64,000 nucleotides of DNA, from assembly GCA_964199315.1 (NCBI GenBank), contig OZ116706.1, positions 1,674,001 through 1,738,000 on the forward strand, in the 5' to 3' direction. The position numbers and the translations under genes were made by a program. Source of the DNA: Orbicella franksi (taxonomy: Eukaryota). Below are positions 13,876-26,092 of this stretch, piece after piece. A model generated the notes under the pieces. The model saw nothing but the letters and a program-made list of their open reading frames with translations. It ran no database searches and was not told the origin of the DNA. Positions within the stretch are counted from its first letter, which is position 1. The number at the start of each line of letters is the position of its first letter.

Positions 13876-13956
13876 TTTACATTTGTTCAGTAATAGATAA
13901 CTGGAATTTGAAATATTAAAAACTAGTATTCCGACTCCATCTGCTCAGTTTGATTT

Positions 13957-13987
13957 TGTTGTTGTTGTTGTTGTTGTTGCTGTTGTC
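13957..13987. repeat. (GTT)n microsatellite
   Basis: Direct reading. Confidence 0.9.
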
Positions 13988-15032
13988 ATAATGTAACAAA
14001 AATGTTCAAAGAAAATGTCATATTTCAATGCCTGGAAAAATACCTTTTACTATAAACGTACGTAGTTAGTTAAAAAAAAAATACGCCCAAAACCCCATTT
14101 AATAAAATGAGCATAACTTTCTTCCAGTTTACTGGAAAAGAAAAAAGAGGATTAAAAAGACCAAACAAAAGAAAAAATTGTACAGCACGATCGTAACATA
14201 ATCATAGCAAATTATTTAAGAAAACAGTAAATAAATATCTAACAACAGCTCGATAGTTTATGTATTTTAATTTTTCACCTTAGCCTGAAACTCGGTGCTA
14301 GTGAGAGATTAATCGTAGAAATAAATCGTGAGAAAGATTGCAGTGAAATGCTAATTTGTCGTCTATTTTACTCGTTTAATATATTTTACAAGTAACTTGC
14401 TAATGGGATAAAAGAGCAGGTGAAATTCAAGGCACCAATTACAGTTAAAGTGTTCGTTGAACAAAATTATCATATAAATTATTGCATTATTCGATAATTT
14501 AAAATTGTCATAACTCTTGGACAATGAGTTTTTAATCTTTTTATCGGCCTGACTGGGCACTGAGAGGAGACTTTAACGACCTTAGTGACGTCACTGGGTT
14601 AATGAATAATGCGTCATACGTCAGTTTAAATTTGAAGACCGTGAGATTTCGTGTCCCCAAATCACTAAAATCAGATCTCAAAATTACTCCTTTTGAACTT
14701 AAAATACCCCCCGGTGCCATAACGAGCTTAAAATTGAAGTACGAACGGGAGAGCTTCTATCTTAGGGTTTATAAGTGTGGTACATACATTAAAAGGAAAT
14801 CAAAAAGAGTGAAGAAGAGGAAACGATCGCTCTCCAAACTGTACATATCGTCAAGCACTATTGTTCAAAGGAATTGTCTTGATAGTGAATGGGGTTTGAG
14901 GAAATGTTGTGAACAAAGCGGATTCTGAAGACGACGTGTTTTACTACTGAAAGGCAGTTTACCGGTCTGCGAAATATTCAATCCTCATACGATATGACAT
15001 GCTAAGATCTCCGCTATGAGGGATATATATAC

Positions 15033-15340
15033 TAGTTAGGCAACGCTCTCTCGTGGTATACCATGAATATCCCACGAGTGACTTGTATTTTCTCGGTATA
15101 CACATGAGCCTTAAGGCAAGTATGTATACTAAGAAAATACAAGTGACGAGTGGGATATTCCATGGTATACCACGAGAGAGCGTTGCATAACTATTTTATT
15201 CCATGCCATAGAGAATACAGTGGCCAACACAATCAATGCGATATACGCGGGGCGCATGATGGGAAGGTTGGATGTAAAACTGTCAAATATACAACGGCTT
15301 TCCTTTTTTCTGATTGGCTGTATGTCATGGTACAAAGTAA
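15033..15340 (+). mobile_element. Hairpin-plus-tail non-autonomous element
   Basis: Inverted arms 15033-15100 and 15122-15193, then a tail containing tgattggctg. Confidence 0.65.
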
Positions 15341-15944
15341 AATAGTCATTCTGCTTTCCCGATCAGTGGTTTACTCACAAAATTAACTGCTTTCAGAAAT
15401 TTCTATCGAAGAACAATTAATAATGATCTATGAGGACGTTCGGGGATGCAGAGTCCGACGCAAAAAGACGCATGGGGTATGATTGAGGATCCTGGAAAGA
15501 AATTAAAAACAAAAAACTTTGTACCGAGATTATTTACATCGTGTCGGCAAACTTCTGCGCGACTGTTTTAAATATCTTCCCGAAAGAAATCATTTCTAAC
15601 AACCCCAAATGTCGAAAACAAATTTTGAAGTTCATATAAAACAATTTAAAGTACTGGTGAAATGAAATTGACGATGAAATTTTACCCGTGTTTGCATCAT
15701 TTCTCTGAACTTTGAAATTTATTTTCTCGAGTGCCCATGGGAAATTGTTTTTGCTGTTATTTCAGGCAAATATTTATATCGTTAGCTTTTAGAAAATGCA
15801 AAAAGGACTGCAATATAGTTGAAATTATTATTGCACAAGTTTTGTCCACTAACATCTGAAATTGCTTTTTTGTCTTACGAACATTTATTTCAGGCATCAA
15901 AATCTAATACTGAAGATTTTACTGCAAAGACGAAATTTCTCTGA

Positions 15945-16330
15945 ACTTTGGTACACACGTAGGGTCAAGGAAGCTATTCGCATAAGACTTCACCCTAACA
16001 ACATCAACAGGGATAGTGCAATTGAAATTCCTGAAGCATGGATACCCACGATCAAGAAACACAACAACAGGAGAACGGTACAACAGCGGACCACTGAGGG
16101 AACAGCTACTCGCCCGAACAATGGAACAATAGGAGGATCGAAATGCACCAATCACAGCCGACCTTTGTGATATAAATGATACTGTGCAATCAGTCGACCT
16201 TGTCGCCTGAAGAAGACTAGCAGTAAGCAGTCGAAACGTCGCGATCTACATCTCAGTGACTACATCGTGAGACAAACGATAATACACTTTATTATTGCAT
16301 CTACCACGATGAATGACAACAACCTTTTCC
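15945..16330 (+). mobile_element. 3' end of a Penelope-like retroelement (GIY-YIG C-terminus plus terminal repeat)
   Basis: Translation WYTRRVKEAIRIRLHPNNINRDSAIEIPEAWIPTIKKH matches the C-terminal pattern of PLE GIY-YIG domains; followed by a hammerhead core. Confidence 0.75.
16202..16245 (+). ncRNA. Minimal type I hammerhead ribozyme motif
   Basis: Stem I gtcgc/gcgat; CTGAAGA core at 16207-16213; stem II GACT..GC/GC..AGTC; GAAA; palindromic stem III ACGT; cleavage triplet GTC ending at 16240. Confidence 0.7.
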
Positions 16331-16876
16331 AAAGACGAAATTTTCTAAAATTTTACTCGGCACAGCCCTATTCAGACGGGAAGGGGAGGCGGTTGGGCGG
16401 AAAATGCAACTGAACTCTTATTCACTTTTGTAGTATTTAAGTCTGAGGGAGGATAACACTTTTGAGTCATTTTTGGTGGTTTTCGAACGTTACTGAAAAG
16501 CCAAGAAATCCAAAATTGTGCCTGGCTTGGGTGTCATAGGGAAATAAGCACTCTTACTTACTCTAACCCACATAAAATGTAATGCCTTAATATCATATAT
16601 TTGATTTTGATTTCACCTCTGACACTCGAAGCTTCTGTCAGCAAAATATGTCATCAACTGAATGAATAGAATGAACTTTTTAAGCCGGAGGCGTCGTCTT
16701 GGTGGCGTAATTTTAACGCGATGCAAGATATTATTTGGTTCTGTTGCTATGGAATCCTGAGTCATCCTGACTTGTAATTTGAAAGAATTAAAGGCCATTT
16801 TGTGATCAAACTTCAGTTTTTTATCTTTTGTTTCTCGCCCAATTTATTGCTAACCGCTGCTTTCAGTTCGACAAAG

Positions 16877-17636
16877 TAGACCGGTTACAGACCGGTTTCA
16901 TTTTGCGTTGAAAAAGTAGCAAACTAAAATAGAAAAATGTTTACCATTTTCTTTTATTTTCTTCTCAATCGTATATGGAAGTGCCAGAAAGCCTGATGAC
17001 AAAAAAAAGTAAAGAGGACGAGCAAATTTCGCCAGGTTTAAGTTAAGCTCATCGCCGTTCGCGAGCAAAACGTCAGCAAACCAGTTACATTAAACGAATT
17101 AAAGTTTTCTTCTTTGCCATATAATAAACGTCTTATTAAACGAGCTAAGTCGGTCTGTATGGGAGAATCTTGACCTCGGTCGTGTGTACAGACCGAACGC
17201 AGTGAGGTCTGTACTCACGATCGAGGTCAAGATTCTCCCATACAGACCGACTTAGCTCGTTTAATAAGATGTTTATTATATGGCAAAGAAGAAAACTTTA
17301 ATTCGTTTAATGTAACTGGTTTGCTGACGTTTTGCTCGCGAACGGCGATGAGCTTAACTTAAACCTGACGAAATTTGCTCGTCCTCTTTACTTTTTGTGT
17401 TTTTTTTTTTCGTTGTCATTAAGCTTTTTTGCACTTCCATAAATGATTGACAAAAAAATAAAAGAAAATGGTGAACATTTTTGTATTTTGGTTTGCTACT
17501 TTTTCAACGCAAAATGAAACCGGTCTAGATGCCGGTCTAGATGGGAAAATCTAGACCGCGGCCAATATAGATTCCAGCCAATCAAATTCGTGAATTCGGT
17601 AGTTCCCAGTCCTTGTGAGACACAGCCATATAATAA
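16877..17636. mobile_element. Hairpin-plus-tail element extended into an approximately 640 bp palindrome
   Basis: 16889-17194 is the reverse complement of 17206-17526 with an 11-nt spacer; same family as 29619-30070. Confidence 0.8.
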
Positions 17637-18106
17637 GAGCTAAATAATGACTTGTATTAATAATATATATTGTGTATGTAATCTGAAAAAGGTCGTGCTT
17701 ATTGCATACTGAATTTTTTGATGAATTCGAACTTGAAACGGGCAGCTCAGTCCAATTCCCTCAAACATATTTCGCAGCATTTCCGATCCGGAATTCTGCT
17801 ACCATTACATTCTATTTACATCAGACAAATGCGCTGTCTCCTGACCACTGTATCTTCTCGTCAGTGCTGAGAACAGGTGTCATCACCTTGTCTGTTGTTG
17901 TTGTTGTACATGGGTTTTACCAAATACGGCAAGCCTGAGCCTTTTTTGTGATTTCTTATGACCTAGCTATTTCAGTCTTTAGGAAACTCATGCTACATTT
18001 TCTTTTATGTGTTAGCTGTTGGTGTAGTTCACTGCCAGTCAGGAGTCTCAGTGCCTTTAACTATATACTTTTCTCCTTGATTAACACGTACTGTGGCTTT
18101 ATAAGT

Positions 18107-19070
18107 TCATTTCAAGCGTTGTCTGAAAACACTGCTACTTGTAAAAATAATCAATGGATTAAGCACATGTTTGATGTAGTAAAGTATTAACGCTACCATG
18201 TCGATGTACATAAAAGCCAAACTCTCTGAAAAATTCCCGAATTCTCTTATCATCATTAATATACCGCGAGGAATATAACAAATTTGAAAAACAACAACAA
18301 GACTGGCGACCAATTCAACGAGACGACTCCTCCGTTTATATCGTACCAAGTCAAAGGATGTGTTCGCGCGATAGCGCTGGCATTCATCCAGAGAAGACCT
18401 CCTGTTGTCGTGGGTAGATCTGAATCTCGATTCAGTGCCGCGAACCCGAAAGCGATGAAAAATATCCACGCTCACCACTCGGCTCATGGAAGCATAAGCC
18501 CAAATCTGGACACTTATCGACAAGACGATGAACACCACAACGAGGTAAATTTTAAAAACGTAACGAAAAGTCGTCGACGGAAAACTAATCACGCAGTAAA
18601 TTTGACCATTCTGTTGTTCTGTCCGAGAAATAACAGCGATGGGCAAGGCTGTGGCAAAATAACAGCTAAACGATGTAACACAAATCACTGCTCTCGTAAT
18701 GGTCACAGAAATCTTGTTCATCATCGGTTTCACTATAGCCCAATACCTTTCCAAAGCTATTGTTGTGTGAGTCACGACGGACACGCACAAAAACATCTTG
18801 CAGAGGAGACAGGAACCTGCACATGAAGTCCCCGAAGGGCCAGTGCCGAGTGGTAGTAAATTTCCAAACTTCGCAGGGGAGCAGCTATAACAGCGACTGC
18901 CAGGTCCGCGATTGCGATATTCATTATCAGTAAATTGCAAGGAGTTCGCATTTATTTCCAGCGGATAATTGTTGCAATAATAATAGAGTTTCCTGTAAAT
19001 CCACAGAGAAATATGAAACTGTACAAAGTTGTTGCAATGATAAAGAATGGATTTTTAACGGGTCACATGT
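18107..19070 (-). pseudogene. Disrupted class A GPCR paralog (GPCR-3 pseudogene)
   Basis: TM1-TM2 (GFTGNS..IRWK*MRTPCNLLIMNIAIADL) has in-frame stops at 19063-19065 and 18952-18954; +1 frameshift near 18846 and -2 frameshift near 18786; TM3-TM7 is open to 18107; W4.50 is lost. Confidence 0.85.
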
Positions 19071-21343
19071 CCTGAGAGCTCAACAGAGACGACGATTCAG
19101 ACAATTTCTTTTCCACACTGCAATGTTTTTGCGAATCACATTTGTCGGGTCTTCACTGAACAGGTACGCCACATCAAGTGAATGACTAGATATTAATCTC
19201 ATTGAGAACTGTTCTCAATGATTGACCCTCGTCATTGGTGCCAGTGGATTTGTGAAGTGCAAATTAATTTTCACGCAAAAATGATTCTGTTTAATTATTC
19301 ACCACCATAGTGTGGGGAAAGCAAACTCAATTGCAAGGAAATGAACTAATAGAAGTCAGCAAGAGGATATATGACGATGATCCAAAAATAACTTCACTCA
19401 GGAGAGAACATAAAAAAAGGGATGAAAACTGCTGCACAGTTAAAGAAGTCGGGGGAAAAATGAAAGCAGCAAAATTTAACGAATTCATGGGTTGCGACTC
19501 TCGGGCGTGAAAATAATTGTTAAGCAAAGACGGACGAGACGTGATAACGCCGAGACCATAGGACGCACTGGGAATACAATATATTTGCAGTGGAGCTCTT
19601 CCGAACAAACAATTTTACTCTGACATTTAATTTTACATTTCGGTAATGATGCGACACTATTTTTCGAATAACGCACCTCCAGTTGAGTGAATATTGCAGC
19701 AAATTCACAAGCGCCAAGCCGCGAAGAGCATAAATTACAAGAGCTATATATTACAAGAGCTGTTATGATTTTGAGCTCGATATCGTTCACATTGAAAGAA
19801 AAATGTTTGGTTTCGATTAGTTGCATGAAACAATCATTCACTGTCAGTTCTGTTTATCACAGACCGGTTGATAAAAAGCTTCACTTGGAAAAAAAAAAAA
19901 AGCACGACAGTGGAGAAAGCTTTGAAAGCTTCACTGCATGATTTGGCGCCAAATTGATCCGTTTTAAAAATTTTGTTTGCGTTAAACCGTTGCGTTGCTG
20001 CTCCCGTACCAATAAACCCATGATAAATCAGTTTCTTCACTTGTGTCCTTGGCTTCTCGTGTGCTCAACAAATATTTCTTGCCACTAGCTATGCTTGTCA
20101 ACTCAGTTGGGCCATTTTCTAGTAAAACATTATGAAAAACAGCTTTGCTGCCTAGCTAAATTTTATCATTTGGCTGTGTTACGTTGGAATCCAACCTCGT
20201 ATTCCGCTCTCGTTAGGACACACACAACCCTGGAAGATCTTTAATAGAACGAGTAAAATTTGGAAAACATTCATTGGCGTGATGATGATGCCTGTCAGCT
20301 TTCACCACCGTCTTATCACAGGGAGTAAATTAAGGAATGAAAGAATGTGATTGAATAGTTTACCTTTGCCTCAAGTTGTCATCTCTTTCGCGAACTCAAT
20401 TCTTGACTTTCACTTTGGACCCTATCATGATTTTGCGAATTTCGGACCCGTCCTGCACTTTTAGGGACAGCCGCTGTAAAACCATACCGCCCTTTCATAG
20501 CGCCAAACCGCTGACAGATACAATGTTTTACGATGGATTCTCTAGCTCGGTTCTCTCTCGGCCAACTGGCAAAGCGTTAGACGAATAAACGGTAAACTCT
20601 CTACCGGAGAAGTTGTTTTGTAAGATCGGAATTGAAATCATCCTTGACAGAGGTGAGTCAGTGGTATTTTATGTTAAAATCATGTTTATTTGGTTGCACA
20701 TATGTTAAGGGCGCATGCAAAGAATTCATTTCAAGTGTATCGACTGCCTGTTTTGTTTCGGTCGAATGCCCCAGTGGAAATCGAAATAATGCTAATCATA
20801 TCTGTAATTGAAAACACATTGTGACAATAACTCAACTTTTTGTTTCTTCAGTAATCAACAACAATTTAATCAAGTTTAACAACATTATCCTGATTGTACC
20901 TGTTTGAGTTTTTCATGAGAAATGATATAGACAGATGAATGTCCAGATTTTCAATGACAGGTATTTAGAAAACTTTGAGTTTAAAGTCAGTTGTTTGGTT
21001 CTTCTTCTAACAAGTTTTTGTTAGCTACATCAAAGCAGACTTTTGCGCTGTCGAGGGTCTAATCAGGGGCTTCTGTTATTTCACTTGCTTGTGCTCAATG
21101 TTCCTTTCTCTGATCGTAGAAAGGAACAGGTGCATAAAACATTATTTTAATATATATATGGAAATAAGCATTGGCCAAGCTTTCAAAAATGTTATTGTTA
21201 ATGTTTATTGGATTGTTACCAAAATATCTAAAATGGATTTTTATCTTTTTTTTTTACAACCAAAAAGAAAGTTCTTCAAAAGCGTTGTAAGTGTTCGTTT
21301 CCGTTGCAAAATTTGATTTTTAGTGACTTGCTACGATTCCATA

Positions 21344-21654
21344 TTATAAAATAACTGAGCTACTACACGCGCTCTCATTGGTCGATAGGTGTGTTTGGAT
21401 GAGAGTATGTAAATACGGTTTTGACGTTTTAGATTCGCGCGTCTTTTTGAGAATTATTTTATAAAAGCAATAGAGCACTTTTTCCGTGTTTACATAGCCT
21501 CATCTAAACACTCGAGGGGCTGCGAGAATTCTCGAATTTTATGCAAACTCTAGACTACGTCTCGGATTTGCATAACTGTCTCGAATATTCTCCCAACCCT
21601 CCTCGTGCTTAGACGAGGCTATGTAAACACGGAAAAAGTGTTTTATTGCTTAAA
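21344..21654 (-). mobile_element. Hairpin-plus-tail non-autonomous element
   Basis: Inverted arms delimit 21465-21651; the tail ends in ttattttataa on the minus strand. Confidence 0.65.
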
Positions 21655-22137
21655 TTTATCATACTTGTTCGTTTAAAGGATGTTGGATGACTATTTCATG
21701 TGATATTTTGCACTTTCATAAAAATCTGCGTCATTGCAATAAAAATTTATAATTCACATAGGCAAAACCTGACCCACTCACTCACTTTTGAAATCGCAAT
21801 AAAATATCCAGATCTTATTAATACACAGTGTTGCTCGAAGAATTTATGAACACTGCACATCAAACTATAAAATAAACAAACAGAACCACTCTAAAAAACA
21901 CAAGGAAAAAAAAACAGAAACAAACAAAAAACAACATCGCCCGAGTTTGTAACGCGATTTGTTACCTCTAGTTAAACATCTAAAACTTATTGATTTGTAG
22001 CAACATTCACTGAATCGCGTGACAAATTAAAGGAGACGGATTAACTGAGCAAATTACCTAAGCTTAACATTTTTGATCTTGATGGTTAGTACGTTTTTCG
22101 CAAGATCAAAATGGAGTAAAAAGTCTCGACAAAGTCT

Positions 22138-22720
22138 GTGTCCGAACCTAGTGGCCTATCAGATCGGTACAGCTGTCTTAATTTCCCAATAGCGCAACAC
22201 AGGGACCACACCCGGGGTACCCCTAATATGGGCCATAAGAAGGTATGTGCGGCCCCAAAGGGTATGGTTTTTCAGCCGTTTAGGTCATAGATAGGGTATT
22301 GATTTTGGCCATTTCGGTAAAAAATAGGGTATGGATTTTGCCTTGTGGTCTTGATATGGGTATGCGTTTAAAAAGAAGCTACTTTTTCATCATTATCGAA
22401 AAGACCATCAAAAAAGCCCTTCACAAATTATGTTTAACATTGGTCTGATCTAGGGAACTAATTATAAAGCAGGTCTGAATTGAAACAGGGTATTGATTTA
22501 AGGGTCAGGTAATAAATAGGGTATCGAATTTTTGGTCAAGTCATCATAAATAGGGTAGGGAAAATCGCAGCTTTTGGTCGTAAATAGGGTAAGGGTTTTG
22601 GGAAGCGGGCCGCACACCCCCATCTAATTTTTCTGGGAGTACCCCCTGGGGGACCACAGCCTGGGCTGGAACCCGGACCGTGCTAGATCCGGAGTCTAGC
22701 GTACAGTCAAGGTACTTACC
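22138..22720 (-). mobile_element. Internally deleted tRNA/CORE-like SINE interrupted by a MITE
   Basis: Both flanks of the 22211-22650 insert match the SINE at 41618-41910 (ctgataggccact 3' end; ccgggttccagccc B-box head). Confidence 0.55.
22211..22650. mobile_element. hAT-type MITE
   Basis: TIRs cccggggtaccc ... gggagtaccccctggg; 8-bp target duplication ggaccaca at 22203-22210 and 22651-22658. Confidence 0.75.
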
Positions 22721-23108
22721 TTGATCTTCTCTTGGCCACACTGTCTCCCACAAGTTTAAATAATTGTATTCTCATTGTCATTATTTATCTATGCGATGGT
22801 CACGAATGGCTGTGCACTCCCACAGAAATAGGATGTCTCGTGACGACCACGAAAATGAAGAGTATGTGGGCTATTTTAATGGTTTTTACATGAAGAAATT
22901 GACATTTTCAACATGGCGAACGATTGACGTGGCTCAAAGAGCAAAATATATTTCGAACTACCGCGTTTTACAGCTTTAAGAATTTATACAGTTTGTATAC
23001 GTTTACTTATACGTGATGTCTTGTCTTACTCTTCTCGTTATTCCAACACATTTCTAGCCTTAGCGAGTCAAATTTCCCGGAATCATACGGACTGCTTAGC
23101 ACGTCTTT

Positions 23109-23549
23109 AGAACCTTTCCTGAGTCAACGACATTTTCCCACGTACAATTATCACGTCACATGTTTCAATTGAAACTTGAAACTCGATCATGTTTCACTCA
23201 AACTCTGAGAACTTTAATGTACCAGATCACCTTTCCTGAGTCAAGATCACCTTTCCAGTACCAGATCACCTTTCCTGAGAACCTTTCCTGAGTCAACGAC
23301 ATTTTCCCACGTACTATTATCACGTCACATGTTTCAATTGAAACTTGAAACTCGATCATGTTTCACTCAAACTCTGAGAACTTTAATGTACCAGATCACC
23401 TTTCCTGAGTCAAGATCACCTTTCCTGAGAACCTTTCCTGAGTCAACGACATTTTCCCACGTACTATTATCACGTCACATGTTTCAATTGAAACTTTAAA
23501 CTCGATCATTTTTCACTCAAACTCTGAGAACTTTAATGTACCAGATCAC
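23109..23549. repeat. Tandem triplication (169, 150 and 122 bp units)
   Basis: Copies start at 23109, 23278 and 23428 and share a near-identical approximately 122 bp core. Confidence 0.9.
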
Positions 23550-26092
23550 AGATTGCTTTTAATTTGCCAATCAAATTGAAGTGATCTTACACTTTAACAA
23601 AATGGATATCATAAGCGTTATTGACGAAATAATTTTGGCTCTGTGAGAAGATATCAGTTTATCTCAGTTGACCACCTTACTAACCCTTTTATTTTTGCAT
23701 GGGCTGCTTTCTTTTCATGTCCGAGCCTGAGTGTGTGGGGGTTGGGAAAGCGGAAGTCTCCCCTGAACCCTCTGTGTCCCTAGAAGTCTCCACTCAATAG
23801 TAATCAAGACGGGCAGTCAACTCGTTTACCTTATTGACAGTAGTTTACAGTAAAATACCCTTTGAAAACATGGCTCCCATAAAAACGTCAGGTTGGGTAA
23901 TTGGAAATTGGCATAACAAATTGGAGGCGCCACACATCTCTCAGAAGGCTTAACAGAACAACGAACAAACAACAGAAAGATCGAGGAGGACTTTTAAGGA
24001 CCCTTAAAACGATAGAGGTGCGTGAAACAGGGAACCAATGAAATTACAGGTTCTGAAGACACGCGTGGCCTCGGCCAAAAACCTCCCTGAGAAATTTCAG
24101 AAAAAGCCGCAAAGTTTGGTTTCTGCAGCTTAAATCCTATTTAAGTAAGGTAAGTTTGAAATCATCGCGGGCACTTTTTCAGGCTAAGTAGAATTTATGT
24201 TCCTTTTCCAAAAGGTTAATATTTCACCGCGAACGTAAGGTGGCAAACTAACGTGACAGTTTCCTTTTGAGTTAGTACGAGAAACTGCTTGTTCCCAATC
24301 ACAGTATAAACTCAAATTTGTGATACATTTCCGTGAAAGCAAAATCTCACCGTCATCGAATAAACTGTAAATTTTAAGCCATTTCTATTGCTTTTCGGTA
24401 AATCGAACTCCAAACTATCTGTTATAATATTTTCCTGGTTCCACGGTTCAGTTTATTTTCAATAGTAAACATTAAGAACGAGTATTTGCAGAGTCTGAGT
24501 ATTAAAAAACAACATCGTTGGCTTTTAGCAAAGCATGAATATACAGGGAAACAGGACCAATATACGTCTTTATAACGTATGCAAAGTAACTTGAAAAAAC
24601 ACCGAAAGATAGGATCAAAATTACAGGAACAAAACACGCATGTCGCTTCTCGGCTAATCTTCAGCCTGCTGTCCAAAATTTAATTTACGTTAGATATGAA
24701 TGAATAAGTTTAAAGAGACCGCTTACTTTAATTTTTCTTTTCTTTTTGGTGTAGAGTACTGAGAATTTAATTTTTTTTCCTGAAACTTCCGTCAGGTCCA
24801 ACATCAACGGGAACATATGCCAAACAGACTGCCAATCACACGAAGATACCAGAACAATTTTGAATTATATATAACACACAGGCTGAACATAATAAACGCA
24901 ATTAGTCACAGTCGGCTCAATTCTGTCAATATGCTCCCCTTTTTTGGTTATAATTGTTTAAAGAAAAGCCCTTTAATTCCACGTTGTTTACAGTGTCTAC
25001 AACGGGGGCGGACACGTTCAACATTTCAGATAACAAAGAAATAAAGACCTCGTTCCAATTCTCAGCCAATTTTCCCGCGTCGTACACGTGGTGAAATTAC
25101 TTGGAGGATCGTAATGGATCAAAATTGCTTTCATCCATCTTGAATTTTCTGCACTGAAGCTTCCTTTCAGTGAATACGCAAAACAAAATTTCATTACTTC
25201 TGTTGTCATGACATGGAAAGGCGTGTTATTAAACTAAACTAAATTGATTTGAAGGCGGGAAGTGCGACAAACGAGCAAACAATAACATGTATTGCCTAAA
25301 GCTTATCTTCCTCAGCAGCCGGGGTTGATGAAAGGAAATCAAACGTTTTAAGAATGTCACAAATACGAGGCGAGAAAGAGACACATTGGACGTTTTGAAA
25401 AGTGTTTCACTTAGAACTGAGAAGAAAATTTTTAGTAGAAAAATATAATCTCATTTATCTATAATCATATACAATGAGAATGGTAGCTCATTTCCTTTCG
25501 GAACATCCTAATATTTAACTAAGAAGTACAATTTATTTTTAACCTTTTTCGGCAGGTATTCGTGGGATTTGAAGATTAAATCTACTAATTTATCAATAGA
25601 CAGGATCTTTGGTTACAGCTACGTTCTATAGCATCAAAACAAAGGCACATAAATTGAGCAATTGCTTAGGATTGCTTTAGTATGAAATGTCAAGCCACAC
25701 CTCCAGCCTGAATGAATATCTCAAACAAACAAAGTTTGCATGATGTTTTCTTTTGATACAATATTGGACCGAAAAGGACGGTTTTACTTGATTTTAAAAT
25801 TTCAGACTGATAAATGGCGGAAGCAGTCATTCATAATTTAGGGAGCGCGTACGTGTTAAAGAAATAATAAAACTGTCAGAATTGTGGGAGAAATTTAGTT
25901 GCGGTAAGCCACTTCAATTCTGTTGTTTCTTTATTGGCAGGCATTCCACATTAAACGAGATTGCTTTATTCTGACGAAGCAGGTGGTTACACACAGCTGT
26001 AAATGCAAAACGTGCCTCTTTGTTATACTAGGAACTGATGTTATGTTAAACTTTGCACAGTTGCGGAAAAAGACACTGGAAACCCACTGAAA

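Noticed and set aside
14925-14955. Hammerhead-like CTGAAGA...GAAA
   Set aside because: No stem II or stem III pairing.
18284-18826. 180-aa plus-strand ORF, and other antisense or alternate-frame ORFs over the GPCR and ankyrin genes
   Set aside because: Shadows of real coding sequence with no protein-like motifs.
18107-18940. 277-aa ORF as an intact protein
   Set aside because: Its first approximately 48 residues are an off-frame reading of TM2/ECL1; the true N-terminus is in other frames and contains stops.
19327-19608. Hydrophobic ORF resembling a TM3 remnant
   Set aside because: Lacks C3.25 and DRY anchors and any flanking TM remnants.
16877-23549. CRISPR-like arrays (hairpins, 23.1-kb repeats)
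   Set aside because: No constant repeat with unique spacers, no cas genes, and the context is eukaryotic.
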